Source of the DNA: Candidatus Azambacteria bacterium | Lineage (GTDB): Bacteria; Patescibacteriota; Minisyncoccia; GWC2-36-17; WO2-46-25 | Direction of reading: 5' to 3' | DNA length: 64,000 nt | Assembly (NCBI GenBank): GCA_016234725.1 | Contig: JACRAK010000012.1 | Span: forward strand, 10,619-74,618 | Shown here: one piece after another, positions 27,757 through 36,646 of the stretch | Layout of the letters: every line of letters begins with the position of its first letter | How positions within the stretch are numbered: position 1 is the first letter of the stretch | Made by a program: the position numbers and the translations under genes | The notes under the pieces: generated by a model | Databases searched by the model: none | What the model saw: only the letters and a program-made list of their open reading frames with translations | What the model was told of the DNA's origin: nothing

Positions 27757-27939
27757 TTACTTGGTGCTGGCGTCGCGATAATGATCGTGCGACGGTTGAT
27801 CGACCCAGTGATCGTGTTTCATGCTCAGCGAGTCACCGTTTTTAATCTTGGCAGTCGCTTGAGTAATGATCTTTTGCACGGGTCCGGATATGCAGACGCC
27901 TGACATATCCTTAACATGACTATCGATTCCGCGTTCCAT
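27757..27939 (-). CDS. 60-aa candidate precursor peptide B (His/aromatic-rich C-terminus)
   Basis: SD aaggagggtaaat-ATG; MERGIDSHVKDMSGVCISGPVQKIITQATAKIKNGDSLSMKHDHWVDQPSHDHYRDASTK; hairpin GGAGGGGG…CCCCCTCC between it and rSAM B. Confidence 0.45.
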   Translation of the reverse strand: MERGIDSHVKDMSGVCISGPVQKIITQATAKIKNGDSLSMKHDHWVDQPSHDHYRDASTK

Positions 27940-28100
27940 ATTTACCCTCCTTTCTTTGAGTTTTCAGCCCATTAGATGGCTGAAATTGGGGTTTCCATTA
28001 ACGAAATTATTAAAGGACATAACAAGCGCATATATACGCTTTTCCCTTTATGATGTCAACGCCCTGTGTATGCCGCGCCCTGTATGACACTGTATGGCAA

Positions 28101-28238
28101 GTTTAAGAAACTACGCAACCACTCAAAACATATTTTATCACCCAACAACCCCATTGTTTTTAAAGATAATCTGAAAAACCGGGCGTGGCGGAAGTTATGG
28201 CGGAAAACTTTGAAAAATAAAATTGTTTTTGATATGAT
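28101..28238. promoter_or_regulatory. Conserved regulatory element copy 2 between divergent promoters (rSAM-B operon on - ; HExxH c on +)
   Basis: about 125 bp about 90% identical to copy 3; -35 TTGAAA 28210-28215, -10 TATGAT 28233-28238; minus-strand TTGACA-17-TATATA at about 28020-28050. Confidence 0.6.
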
Positions 28239-28264
28239 GGAGAGGGAAATTAAACAAAGAAACA

Positions 28265-28978
28265 ATGAGCACCCCGCGTGTTATATTTTCTTACAATCAG
28301 GAAAAAGATATCAAAAACATTCAAATTGGACTTGATACTGTGAGTCGCGGCAGACAACCAGATAGAGAGCTTGTACAAATTATCCAGCAATACGGCAGCG
28401 CGCCATCAGAAGAAGACATCAAGGAATATTTAATTTCTCGATGGAAGAATAAAAGGGGTGTCCCTGACCTTATCGTAAAACAACTCCAAGAATATTGGGA
28501 CACAATAGAAGAAAAATATTTTAATCATCTTGCAGATCGAATGCAGCTCACGTCCTTTCATGGAATTAAACAGCTAGGCGGTTTTTTAAGTGTGCGTTAC
28601 GGAAGCGGTTATAATACTGAACAACAATGGTTTGCGGTAAGTGTGTATAATAGCACCCTAAAGAACACATTAACGGCAATGCATGAGATCATGCATATTT
28701 TTTTTCATAAACAATGGTGGGATTTTTGCAAAAAACAAGGATTGCCCGATAACAATATATGGGATGTAAAAGAATCAATGACGGTGCTTTTAAATTTGTG
28801 GTTTAAAAATCAGGTTATTGATACTGATTGGGGATATGATGAGCACGCCGAGCTTCGCCGTTTCATTATAGATTGGTTTTTGGAAACGAGAGATTTTAAA
28901 AAAACATTGGAAAGGGCGTGTATATATATGAAAGAACACTCAGAAAAAAGCCCTGATTGGATAACCAATCAGGGCTAG
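28265..28978 (+). CDS. HExxH-motif putative metallopeptidase (paralog, module C)
   Basis: 237 aa; TAMHEIMHIFFHK … ESMTVLLNLWF. Confidence 0.45.
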   Translation: MSTPRVIFSYNQEKDIKNIQIGLDTVSRGRQPDRELVQIIQQYGSAPSEEDIKEYLISRWKNKRGVPDLIVKQLQEYWDTIEEKYFNHLADRMQLTSFHGIKQLGGFLSVRYGSGYNTEQQWFAVSVYNSTLKNTLTAMHEIMHIFFHKQWWDFCKKQGLPDNNIWDVKESMTVLLNLWFKNQVIDTDWGYDEHAELRRFIIDWFLETRDFKKTLERACIYMKEHSEKSPDWITNQG

Positions 28979-29002
28979 TTTGCTGATGTAAAACACCAGC
29001 TT

Positions 29003-29155
29003 TTAGGAGCCATCGCAGCCGTCTGTGCCGCCGTGACATCCTGACTGGCATACGTTGCAGCCGCTGTTGTCACAGGTGCCACCGCTGTTGTCGCATGCGG
29101 CTAGTACGGTAGTAGCCGACGATCCTTCAATGAGCGAAGAAAAAGCGAGCTTCAT
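29003..29155 (-). CDS. Cys-rich RiPP precursor candidate C (50 aa, seven Cys)
   Basis: Manual ORF MKLAFSSLIEGSSATTVLAACDNSGGTCDNSGCNVCQSGCHGGTDGCDGS*; perfect SD aaggaggtgattg; downstream of rSAM C on same strand. Confidence 0.6.
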   Translation of the reverse strand: MKLAFSSLIEGSSATTVLAACDNSGGTCDNSGCNVCQSGCHGGTDGCDGS

Positions 29156-29226
29156 AACAATCACCTCCTTATTGGGAGTTTCTGTGTTTTGCTGACTCCT
29201 TCCCAGTGAGTAGCAAGTGGGGGTGT

Positions 29227-30534
29227 TTACACCACCAGCTCCAAAACATTTCTGCTGATAAGCTCGCTAAGAAAATGCAGATATTTTGCATTTTCCATAG
29301 AGATTTTATACATAGCGCGAAGAGATTTTGGAGTGAACGACAGTTTTTTGATGTGAATGTCTTCTATGAGATTCAGTGTCTCGTGCTCCACGAAGGTGTT
29401 TTTAATGCCACTCGTGTTGATTATCCCTAATGGTTCATCTCGGCGAAAGCGACAAGCTCTTCTTACGCGGAGCACCGTGTTGTTCTTAAGAAGCGCATGT
29501 GTTTTTGGAACCGCGCGTTTTTGAGCCATTTGTGCTCTCATGATCGAGTCTTCACCGTGAACATCGCCATTAAGGGAGGCGACTCGGCAGCCACCACCAC
29601 ACATAGCGACAAGCTTACAGGAAAGACAGGCCCGAGGAAGAAGAGATCCGTCACGCCACTGAACCATTTTTAACCAAATGGATTTCAAATCTTCAGTGGA
29701 AAGAGATCCATAAGCGATTTCGTGGTGGGGGCATGCGCGCACCGATCCATCTGAAGCAATGGCGATGGACGTTTTACCAGCAGAACAGGTTCGCTGACCA
29801 AGGAGGGAATAAGCATCGTCGTTGTCGAAAAAACAGATGGGGTAGGGAACGAGAGAGTCTAATTGCATGCCAGTGGTTTTCAGATCAAGTAGCTGGTCAA
29901 CAATTAAACCGACGCTTTTTATTGGAAGAGCGAGTTCCTTTGAAGACTGTTTGTTTGGTAAGCGCGGAGATGTAACGCGTGTCGCAGAAAATGCTACCAC
30001 CCCAAGCTTATGTGCAAACTCGCCAGTTTTTTTCACATCTAGCAGGTTTTGCTCCATTACAACCATATTTACAGCGGTGCGGATGCCGGCGGCATGAGCA
30101 CACTCAATACCCCGCACGATACGCTGAAAAGATCCTTTTGTGCCGGAAAGAGAATCGTGGGTATTGGAATCATACGATAAGAGCGATGTTAATATTGTTC
30201 GGAGTCCCACCGAAAAAAGCTCCTTTGCAATTTTTTCAGTAAGTAGAACAAGGTTTGAATTTAGGCTGAACGAGATTTTCCTCTTCGAAAGTTCCTTAAT
30301 GAGAAAAATAAGTTCGCCCTTATTTAGAAGTGGTTCTCCTCCTGTAAGTATGACGTGGAAAATCTTGTGGGCAGCAAGTTGCTCAGCAATTCGAATCGAC
30401 AACGCCTCCGAAATGCTTTTATTTGGAACTAATCCATCGTCTCGCCAAAAATTGTAGCAGTGGAAACATTTTTGGTTGCAGCCAGTATTGATTTCAACAT
30501 GAGCAGCTAGTGGAGCATCAAGCGTTTTATACAT
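29227..30534 (-). CDS. Radical SAM/SPASM-domain peptide maturase C with C-terminal PqqD-like (RRE-like) extension
   Basis: CNQKCFHC; SPASM CLSCKLVAMCGGGC; C-terminal about 110 aa …KKLSFTPKSLRAMYKISMENAKYLHFLSELISRNVLEL resembling PqqD/RRE; SD aaaaggaggctgtt. Confidence 0.7.
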   Translation of the reverse strand: MYKTLDAPLAAHVEINTGCNQKCFHCYNFWRDDGLVPNKSISEALSIRIAEQLAAHKIFHVILTGGEPLLNKGELIFLIKELSKRKISFSLNSNLVLLTEKIAKELFSVGLRTILTSLLSYDSNTHDSLSGTKGSFQRIVRGIECAHAAGIRTAVNMVVMEQNLLDVKKTGEFAHKLGVVAFSATRVTSPRLPNKQSSKELALPIKSVGLIVDQLLDLKTTGMQLDSLVPYPICFFDNDDAYSLLGQRTCSAGKTSIAIASDGSVRACPHHEIAYGSLSTEDLKSIWLKMVQWRDGSLLPRACLSCKLVAMCGGGCRVASLNGDVHGEDSIMRAQMAQKRAVPKTHALLKNNTVLRVRRACRFRRDEPLGIINTSGIKNTFVEHETLNLIEDIHIKKLSFTPKSLRAMYKISMENAKYLHFLSELISRNVLELVV

Positions 30535-30646
30535 AACAGCCTCCTTTTGTTTTTAAAGCTCTTCCTCGACATATCAATAATGCACGAGGTTTATTAATAA
30601 AAACATTAATACATTTATATTAATTTGTCAATACATTATGGAGCGG

Positions 30647-30786
30647 TTTCAAGAAACTAACGCAACCCCTCAAAACATATTTTATCACTCACCAGCCCCC
30701 TTTGTTTTTTAAAGATAATCTGAAAAACCGGGCGTGGCGGAAGTTATGGCGGAAAACTTTGAAAAATAAAGGTTTTTTGGTATGAT
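30647..30786. promoter_or_regulatory. Conserved regulatory element copy 3 between divergent promoters (rSAM-C operon on - ; MTase/HK on +)
   Basis: Same 125-bp element; -35 TTGAAA 30759-30764, -10 TATGAT 30781-30786; minus-strand TTGACA-17-TAATGT about 30600-30630. Confidence 0.6.
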
Positions 30787-30822
30787 AACCTTGTTCTCAC
30801 TATTTATACTAAAAAGAAATAT

Positions 30823-31695
30823 ATGCACGATCTCGAAAATATTAAAATTATTATTGATAGCGATCGTAAGCTTTATGAAATTCATAGTTTCATAAGGAAA
30901 ACAATCGATATTTTTTTAGTCCCAATCTTAAATAGATTGCCACGTGGTTTATTTAGGAAATCAAGCAAAAAAGCAGAAACAGTGAATAAGCATGCAACAA
31001 CCCATAGAGCATTAGAAGTGATTTATTCGTTTAACAACCAGGTAAATTTCGAAAAAGGCATCTTCGACGGGTTTTTTACTTATTTTTGGCAGAAAACCAG
31101 TCATGCTAAGGCTTTAAGAAATCGGCTTAAATTAGTAAAGAGAGAGCTCTTAAAAGCAATACATTCTCTAAATAAAAAGGAAATAAAAATACTGAATCTT
31201 GCGTGTGGTTCAAATAGAGCGGTTATAGAGGTTGTGGGAATGCACAAAAACGATTTCGATTTTAAGGTATTTGGGATGGATAAAAATGAAAGCGCGATCG
31301 AAGATGCGAAAGCATTAACAACCGCTTTTGATGTTGACCATCTGTTTAGCTGGCATCAAAATACGGTTTCCGGTTTTTTAAAAGAGGCGGAGCAAGCCCA
31401 GTTTGATATAGTAGAGATGGTTGGATTTTTGGATTATGTGCCGGACGAGAAAGCCGTTTTTTTGTTTGATCAAATTTATTCAGTTCTGGCTGACGGCGGC
31501 TTCTTCATCACAGGGAATATAAAAGATAATAAGGAAAGAAGATTTGTTACCGAGGTGGTTGGTTGGCCGCATCTTATTTTTCGTAGCGAGAATGACCTTG
31601 CGAGAATATTGAAGCAATCCAAATTTAAAGACGCAGCTACCCATATCGTATACGAACCGCACAATATCCACGGAGTGGTAGTGTGTAAAAAATAA
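30823..31695 (+). CDS. Putative class I SAM-dependent methyltransferase
   Basis: ILNLACGSNRAV (motif I-like) and LADGGFFITG (post I/II). Confidence 0.4.
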   Translation: MHDLENIKIIIDSDRKLYEIHSFIRKTIDIFLVPILNRLPRGLFRKSSKKAETVNKHATTHRALEVIYSFNNQVNFEKGIFDGFFTYFWQKTSHAKALRNRLKLVKRELLKAIHSLNKKEIKILNLACGSNRAVIEVVGMHKNDFDFKVFGMDKNESAIEDAKALTTAFDVDHLFSWHQNTVSGFLKEAEQAQFDIVEMVGFLDYVPDEKAVFLFDQIYSVLADGGFFITGNIKDNKERRFVTEVVGWPHLIFRSENDLARILKQSKFKDAATHIVYEPHNIHGVVVCKK

Positions 31696-31704
31696 ATCCG
31701 TTTT

Positions 31705-33882
31705 GTGTTCTATTTTATAGCAACGTCTTTAGTAAATGCTTTTATTGCCGGCTTGCTCGGATTCCTTGTCATTTCAAAAAATTGGAGGGATCTCGCGAAC
31801 AAGTTATTTTTTGGACTTAGCATTTCTGTTGTCTTCTGGGCATTAAATTATTGGCAATGGCTTTCTTCTCAAAACGCAAATTCCGCGCTGGTTTTTTCAC
31901 GGCTATTTTCGGTAGGAGCTCTTTTTATTCCCATTTTTTATTTTCATTGGGTTCTTATTTTCAGCGGAACAAACAAACAATACAAGACATTTCTTAAAGT
32001 TTTATATTTCATCGCTTTTGTTTTTCTTTCCCTTTCCTTCTCAAAACTATTTATCGAAGGAGTGGGGCAAAAACTTTTTTTCCCTTTTTGGCCAACCCCC
32101 GGAATTCTTTACAATATCTATTTAATTGTTATCTATTTTGGACTCACGATCTATTCTTTGTTTATTCTCTGGAGGAGTTATATTCGTAGTAATGACAGCC
32201 ATCAGAAAGCAATCATTAAATATATCATATTGGGATCCTTCATTGGGTTTAGCGGGGGAGCAACAAACTTTTTCTTATGGTACGATATCCCGATTTTGCC
32301 GTATGGAAATATTCTTGTTAGTTTCTATCCCTTAGCTCTTGCTCTCGCCAGCTTCCGGCACGGCCTTTTCAACATCAAGGTCATCGCCACAGAATTGCTG
32401 ACGCTCACTGTCTGGATCGCGGTATTGGTTGAATTGATATTAGCTGAAACATGGGAAAAGCGGCTTTTGGAAGCGGGGTTGTTGGCGTTCGTGGTGGTGT
32501 CCGGTATTTTTATTATCCGCAGCGTGTTGAAGGAGGTTGAGCAGAAGGACAAGTTTAAAGATTTATCAGAACGACTGGAAAGCGCGAATGCGCAGCTTAA
32601 ACAAAAAACGCTGTATCTGACGACATTACAGGGGTTTACGCATGACATCGGCAGGACGCTTGATTTTAAGGAGATCACTCAAAAGATCGTTGACGGCATT
32701 TCGGAAAAATTTGGGTATCTTGCCGGCCTGCTTCTCTTGGTGTCCGAAGACGGCAAGATGATCTTTCCCGTTACTATCACGGAGAACACGATCACGAAGA
32801 TCGCGCTTAAGATATTGCCAAAACAGATGCATGAATATGCCGGCGATTTTGAGCATGACGATACGCTATCGATCCGGGCGGTCAAGGACAACGCGATACA
32901 GCAAAGCAATGCCATAGCCGATTTTCTCAGCCCGCCGATCTCCGAAACGCTGTGCGTGACGATCCAGAAGGCAACCGGGCTGAAATCCGGCGTAGCGATA
33001 CCGATACGCTCTGAAGGGAAGGCGATCGGCGTACTCGATATTTTTCTTGATCGGCCGAAAGAAGAGATAGGAGGCGACGAGCTCGAGGTGATGAAAACGC
33101 TTGCAAACCAGATCGGCATCGTACTCAAAAATGCATCGCTGTTCGAACAAGTGAAGGAAGCAAACGAAAAGCTGAAAGAATTGGACGATCTGAAAACGGA
33201 CTTTATTTCCATCGCGTCGCATCAGTTGCGTACGCCGCTCACGGCGATCAAGGGGTATACCTCTATGATCATGGAAGGGTCATACGGCGAGGTGTCTGAT
33301 AAAGTGAGAGTAACAATAGGAAAGGTGTTTCAATCCGCCCAGCGCCTTATTTATATCGTGAATGACTTGCTTGATATTTCCCGTATCGAGCAGGGGCGGT
33401 TTACCATTGCGCTTGAGCCGATAAAGGTGGCGAATGTGCTGAAAGATGTGGTGGAGGAGCTCCAGCAGAATGCAAAAAGCAAGAACCTTTCACTTGAGCT
33501 TGCGGTAGCACCGGAAAATATGGAGGTAACGGCGAGCGCCGACTTTAACAAGATACGGCAGGTGTTTTTGAATGTGATCGACAATGCGATCAAATATACC
33601 AACGAAGGATATGTGCGCGTGGGAGTTGAGAAGAGAGCGAATGATGTGCTTATGTCCGTAAAGGATTCCGGCATCGGTATTTCAGAGGCAAGCATGAAGA
33701 ATCTGTTCCAGAAATTCAGCCGGGCAAAAGGCGTGACAAAGCTCCATACCGACGGCTCCGGCCTCGGGCTCTTTATCGTCAAGAAGATCATGGAAGCCCA
33801 TGGCGGCACCGTGTGGGCGGAATCGGAAGGCGAAGGCAAGGGCTCGCAGTTTTATGTTTCCATCCCTTTGCAAAAGGAGTAG
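31705..33882 (+). CDS. Sensor histidine kinase with N-terminal 7TM domain, GAF-like region, HisKA and HATPase_c
   Basis: 7 hydrophobic helices; H-box SHQLRTPLTAIKGY; N/G1/G2 boxes; AT-rich 5' half vs GC-rich 3' half. Confidence 0.75.
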   Translation: MFYFIATSLVNAFIAGLLGFLVISKNWRDLANKLFFGLSISVVFWALNYWQWLSSQNANSALVFSRLFSVGALFIPIFYFHWVLIFSGTNKQYKTFLKVLYFIAFVFLSLSFSKLFIEGVGQKLFFPFWPTPGILYNIYLIVIYFGLTIYSLFILWRSYIRSNDSHQKAIIKYIILGSFIGFSGGATNFFLWYDIPILPYGNILVSFYPLALALASFRHGLFNIKVIATELLTLTVWIAVLVELILAETWEKRLLEAGLLAFVVVSGIFIIRSVLKEVEQKDKFKDLSERLESANAQLKQKTLYLTTLQGFTHDIGRTLDFKEITQKIVDGISEKFGYLAGLLLLVSEDGKMIFPVTITENTITKIALKILPKQMHEYAGDFEHDDTLSIRAVKDNAIQQSNAIADFLSPPISETLCVTIQKATGLKSGVAIPIRSEGKAIGVLDIFLDRPKEEIGGDELEVMKTLANQIGIVLKNASLFEQVKEANEKLKELDDLKTDFISIASHQLRTPLTAIKGYTSMIMEGSYGEVSDKVRVTIGKVFQSAQRLIYIVNDLLDISRIEQGRFTIALEPIKVANVLKDVVEELQQNAKSKNLSLELAVAPENMEVTASADFNKIRQVFLNVIDNAIKYTNEGYVRVGVEKRANDVLMSVKDSGIGISEASMKNLFQKFSRAKGVTKLHTDGSGLGLFIVKKIMEAHGGTVWAESEGEGKGSQFYVSIPLQKE

Positions 33883-33924
33883 GTAGCATTGGTTATTTTA
33901 TAAAATAAAACCCATATTAAGTAT

Positions 33925-34947
33925 ATGAATACACTAAACAGGAAATATAAAGCCGGGGTTATTGGCCTCGGCCATCAATCTTTGGAGGATCATATTCCCG
34001 CTATTAAGGCGTCTCCCGATGTTGAATTAGTAGGTGTGGTCGAGGTAGATGAACAGAAGTTAAAATCGTTTCTTGAAGAAAACAAAGATATAGATGGTTA
34101 TAATAATATAGATGATTTTTTAAAAAACAAACAACCAGATTTTATTGTCATTACTGTCCCGCACCACCTGCATTATGAAATAGTAAAAAAGGCAACGGAA
34201 AGAAGAATTCACATTCTTAAAGAAAAGCCATTCGCTATTTCCTTTGAACAAGGAAAGGAAATAAAAAAATTGGCAGAAAAAACCGAGACCCAGATTATGA
34301 TTACCCTCCAAAGAAGATTTAATCCAATATATTCTACTTTTTTTCAATTAATAGATAAGATTGGCGAACCCTTTTTTATTGAATCAAAATATACTTTTTA
34401 TACTGATTCGCCGCATGAAGGGTGGAGGGGGAGAAAAGATTTAGCTGGAGGAGGGTGTTTAATAGATATGGGGTATCATGCGATTGATCTTTTGATGTGG
34501 TATTTTGGGTTGCCTGATTTAGTTTTTGCTGAAACATCGTGTGCAGCAAAAGAAAATACTTGTTACGATGCGGAGGATACAGCACAAATCACTTTTCGCT
34601 ATAATAGTGAAAAGAATATTTTTGGTTCGCTTCTTGTTTCACGGGTAATCCCTCCAAAGCAAGAGTTTATAAATATATATGGTACAAGGGGAATTATCCA
34701 TATTGAGAGAGGAAAAATTGAGAGGTATGCTTCAAATGGCGAAACGCAAGAGGCTCTCAAAAGGGAGCAGCAATGGTCATCAGCGGCGCAAGATCAGATC
34801 GAATATTTTTTGAAGGTAATAGAAGGAAAAAAAGAAAATCTAAGTAATCCAGAGTTTCATTTACAACACCTCGCCTTTATTGAAGCAGCATATAAAGCAA
34901 GAGAATCGAAACAATATATAAATCCAAAAAAATATCTGGAAAAATGA
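33925..34947 (+). CDS. Gfo/Idh/MocA family NAD(P)-dependent oxidoreductase
   Basis: N-terminal Rossmann GVIGLGHQ…; family-typical length. Confidence 0.65.
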   Translation: MNTLNRKYKAGVIGLGHQSLEDHIPAIKASPDVELVGVVEVDEQKLKSFLEENKDIDGYNNIDDFLKNKQPDFIVITVPHHLHYEIVKKATERRIHILKEKPFAISFEQGKEIKKLAEKTETQIMITLQRRFNPIYSTFFQLIDKIGEPFFIESKYTFYTDSPHEGWRGRKDLAGGGCLIDMGYHAIDLLMWYFGLPDLVFAETSCAAKENTCYDAEDTAQITFRYNSEKNIFGSLLVSRVIPPKQEFINIYGTRGIIHIERGKIERYASNGETQEALKREQQWSSAAQDQIEYFLKVIEGKKENLSNPEFHLQHLAFIEAAYKARESKQYINPKKYLEK

Positions 34948-36206
34948 AAAAGGAAAAACAAAAACTTGCAATTTTAGGAGGATCTCCAACTATAAAAAGC
35001 AAGAGGTCTCATTATCAATGGCCAAAGATAACAAAAAGTATAGAGAAAGCAGTTATAAAGCAGCTTTATGAAGGCATTTCCATATACGATAAAAGCGGCA
35101 TCTTTGAAAGGTTTGAGGAGAATTTTGCTAAGTATCACGAAAGAAAGTATGCGCTATTATGCAATTCTGGCACAACAGCGATTCACTCGATGTTTGTTGC
35201 TGCTGGATTCAAACAAGGAGATGAGGTAATTTGTCCAGCTTACACATTTTTTGCTACGGTAACCCCTCTTTTATTTGTTGGTGCAAAGCCAATACTTTGT
35301 GATTGTGATGAAAACGGGAATATAGATCCAGGGGAAATTAAAAAGAAAATCAATTCAAAAACTAAGGGAGTGGTTATAACCCATATGTGGGGGATTCCTT
35401 GCCAAATGGATGAGATTGTAAAAATTTGCAAAAAAAATAAATTACTGTTATTAGAAGACTGTTCTCATGCGCATGGAGCAACATATAAAAGCAAACCTCT
35501 CGGCTCTTTTGGTGATTTAGCAGCATGGAGCCTTCAGGGGTTAAAAAATGTGAGTGGTGGAGAGGGTGGAGTTCTTGTCGCAAATAATGATGAATTCTAC
35601 TATAAAGCACTCCTCCTTGGGCATTACAATAAGCGATGCAAGCAAGAGATTCCCAAAACACATAAATTTTATAAATATGCAATAACAGGCATGGGATTAA
35701 AATACAGAGCTCATCCTCTTGCGATTGCCATTGCATACAATGTGTTTAAAGACCTAGATGCTTATAGGAAAATTAAAAATAAATTTGCTTTAAAAATAAT
35801 AAAAGAGCTTAGAAGCATAAATGGCCTTGCTGCTCCAAAAATAAAATCAGGGGTCACTCCCTCTTGGTATGCGCTCGTGTTTCAATATAAGAAGGATAAG
35901 TTTCAAGATCTTCCCATCGAGAAAATTTTTAGTGCTTTCCAAGCAGAAAACCTAACAGAAGTGGATCGTCCAGTATCAACCGCCCCTCTTAATCTTTTAC
36001 CCCTATTTCAAAGCCCTGAAGAGTTGTTTCCTGTCTATAAAAATAATCTGTTTTCGTATAAACCGGGAGATTTCCCGCGCGCGGAAAATTTTTATCACAA
36101 CGCAATCAAACTTCCCTTATGGACAAGTAAGAAAGACGCAAAAATGGTAGCTATGTATATAAAAGGAATCAAAAAAGTTATTAAAAATTATAGAAAATTA
36201 CTATGA
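34944..36206 (+). CDS. DegT/DnrJ/EryC1/StrS family PLP-dependent sugar aminotransferase
   Basis: …DLAAWSLQGLKNVSGGEGG (Schiff-base Lys region), fold-type I pattern. Confidence 0.65.
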   Translation: MKKEKQKLAILGGSPTIKSKRSHYQWPKITKSIEKAVIKQLYEGISIYDKSGIFERFEENFAKYHERKYALLCNSGTTAIHSMFVAAGFKQGDEVICPAYTFFATVTPLLFVGAKPILCDCDENGNIDPGEIKKKINSKTKGVVITHMWGIPCQMDEIVKICKKNKLLLLEDCSHAHGATYKSKPLGSFGDLAAWSLQGLKNVSGGEGGVLVANNDEFYYKALLLGHYNKRCKQEIPKTHKFYKYAITGMGLKYRAHPLAIAIAYNVFKDLDAYRKIKNKFALKIIKELRSINGLAAPKIKSGVTPSWYALVFQYKKDKFQDLPIEKIFSAFQAENLTEVDRPVSTAPLNLLPLFQSPEELFPVYKNNLFSYKPGDFPRAENFYHNAIKLPLWTSKKDAKMVAMYIKGIKKVIKNYRKLL

Positions 36207-36646
36207 ATCAGAAAAAAATTGTACAAAAAGTCGTTCTTGCAGGAGTAGTGATGAATGAAGGGAAAATTTTAATTCTTCAAAGGCATAGTGGTGAAGACGT
36301 ATATCCGGGTATATGGGAATTGCCAAGTGGAAAAAGAGAAGCTCTTGAGCTATCTGAGGAGTCTCTTGCTCGCGAGGTGAAGGAGGAAAGCGGTCTTGAC
36401 ATTAAAATTATTTCGCCTTTTTCCATGTTTGATTATCAAATTGAAAAGCCCGATGAAATTCGCGATTCAACTCAAATAAATTTTCTTGTGATTCCAATTA
36501 ATAACCCCGAGGTTATTTTAAGTTCTGAACATCAGGCATTTGTATGGATTGGGGTTGATGAAATTGACAGATATGATATTACTGAAGACACAAAAAAAGT
36601 TATTAAAAAAGGATTTGAGTTTGCTCTATTGTTAAAATTAGTATAA
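36203..36646 (+). CDS. NUDIX hydrolase
   Basis: Nudix box GKREALELSEESLAREVKEESGL. Confidence 0.65.
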   Translation: MNQKKIVQKVVLAGVVMNEGKILILQRHSGEDVYPGIWELPSGKREALELSEESLAREVKEESGLDIKIISPFSMFDYQIEKPDEIRDSTQINFLVIPINNPEVILSSEHQAFVWIGVDEIDRYDITEDTKKVIKKGFEFALLLKLV

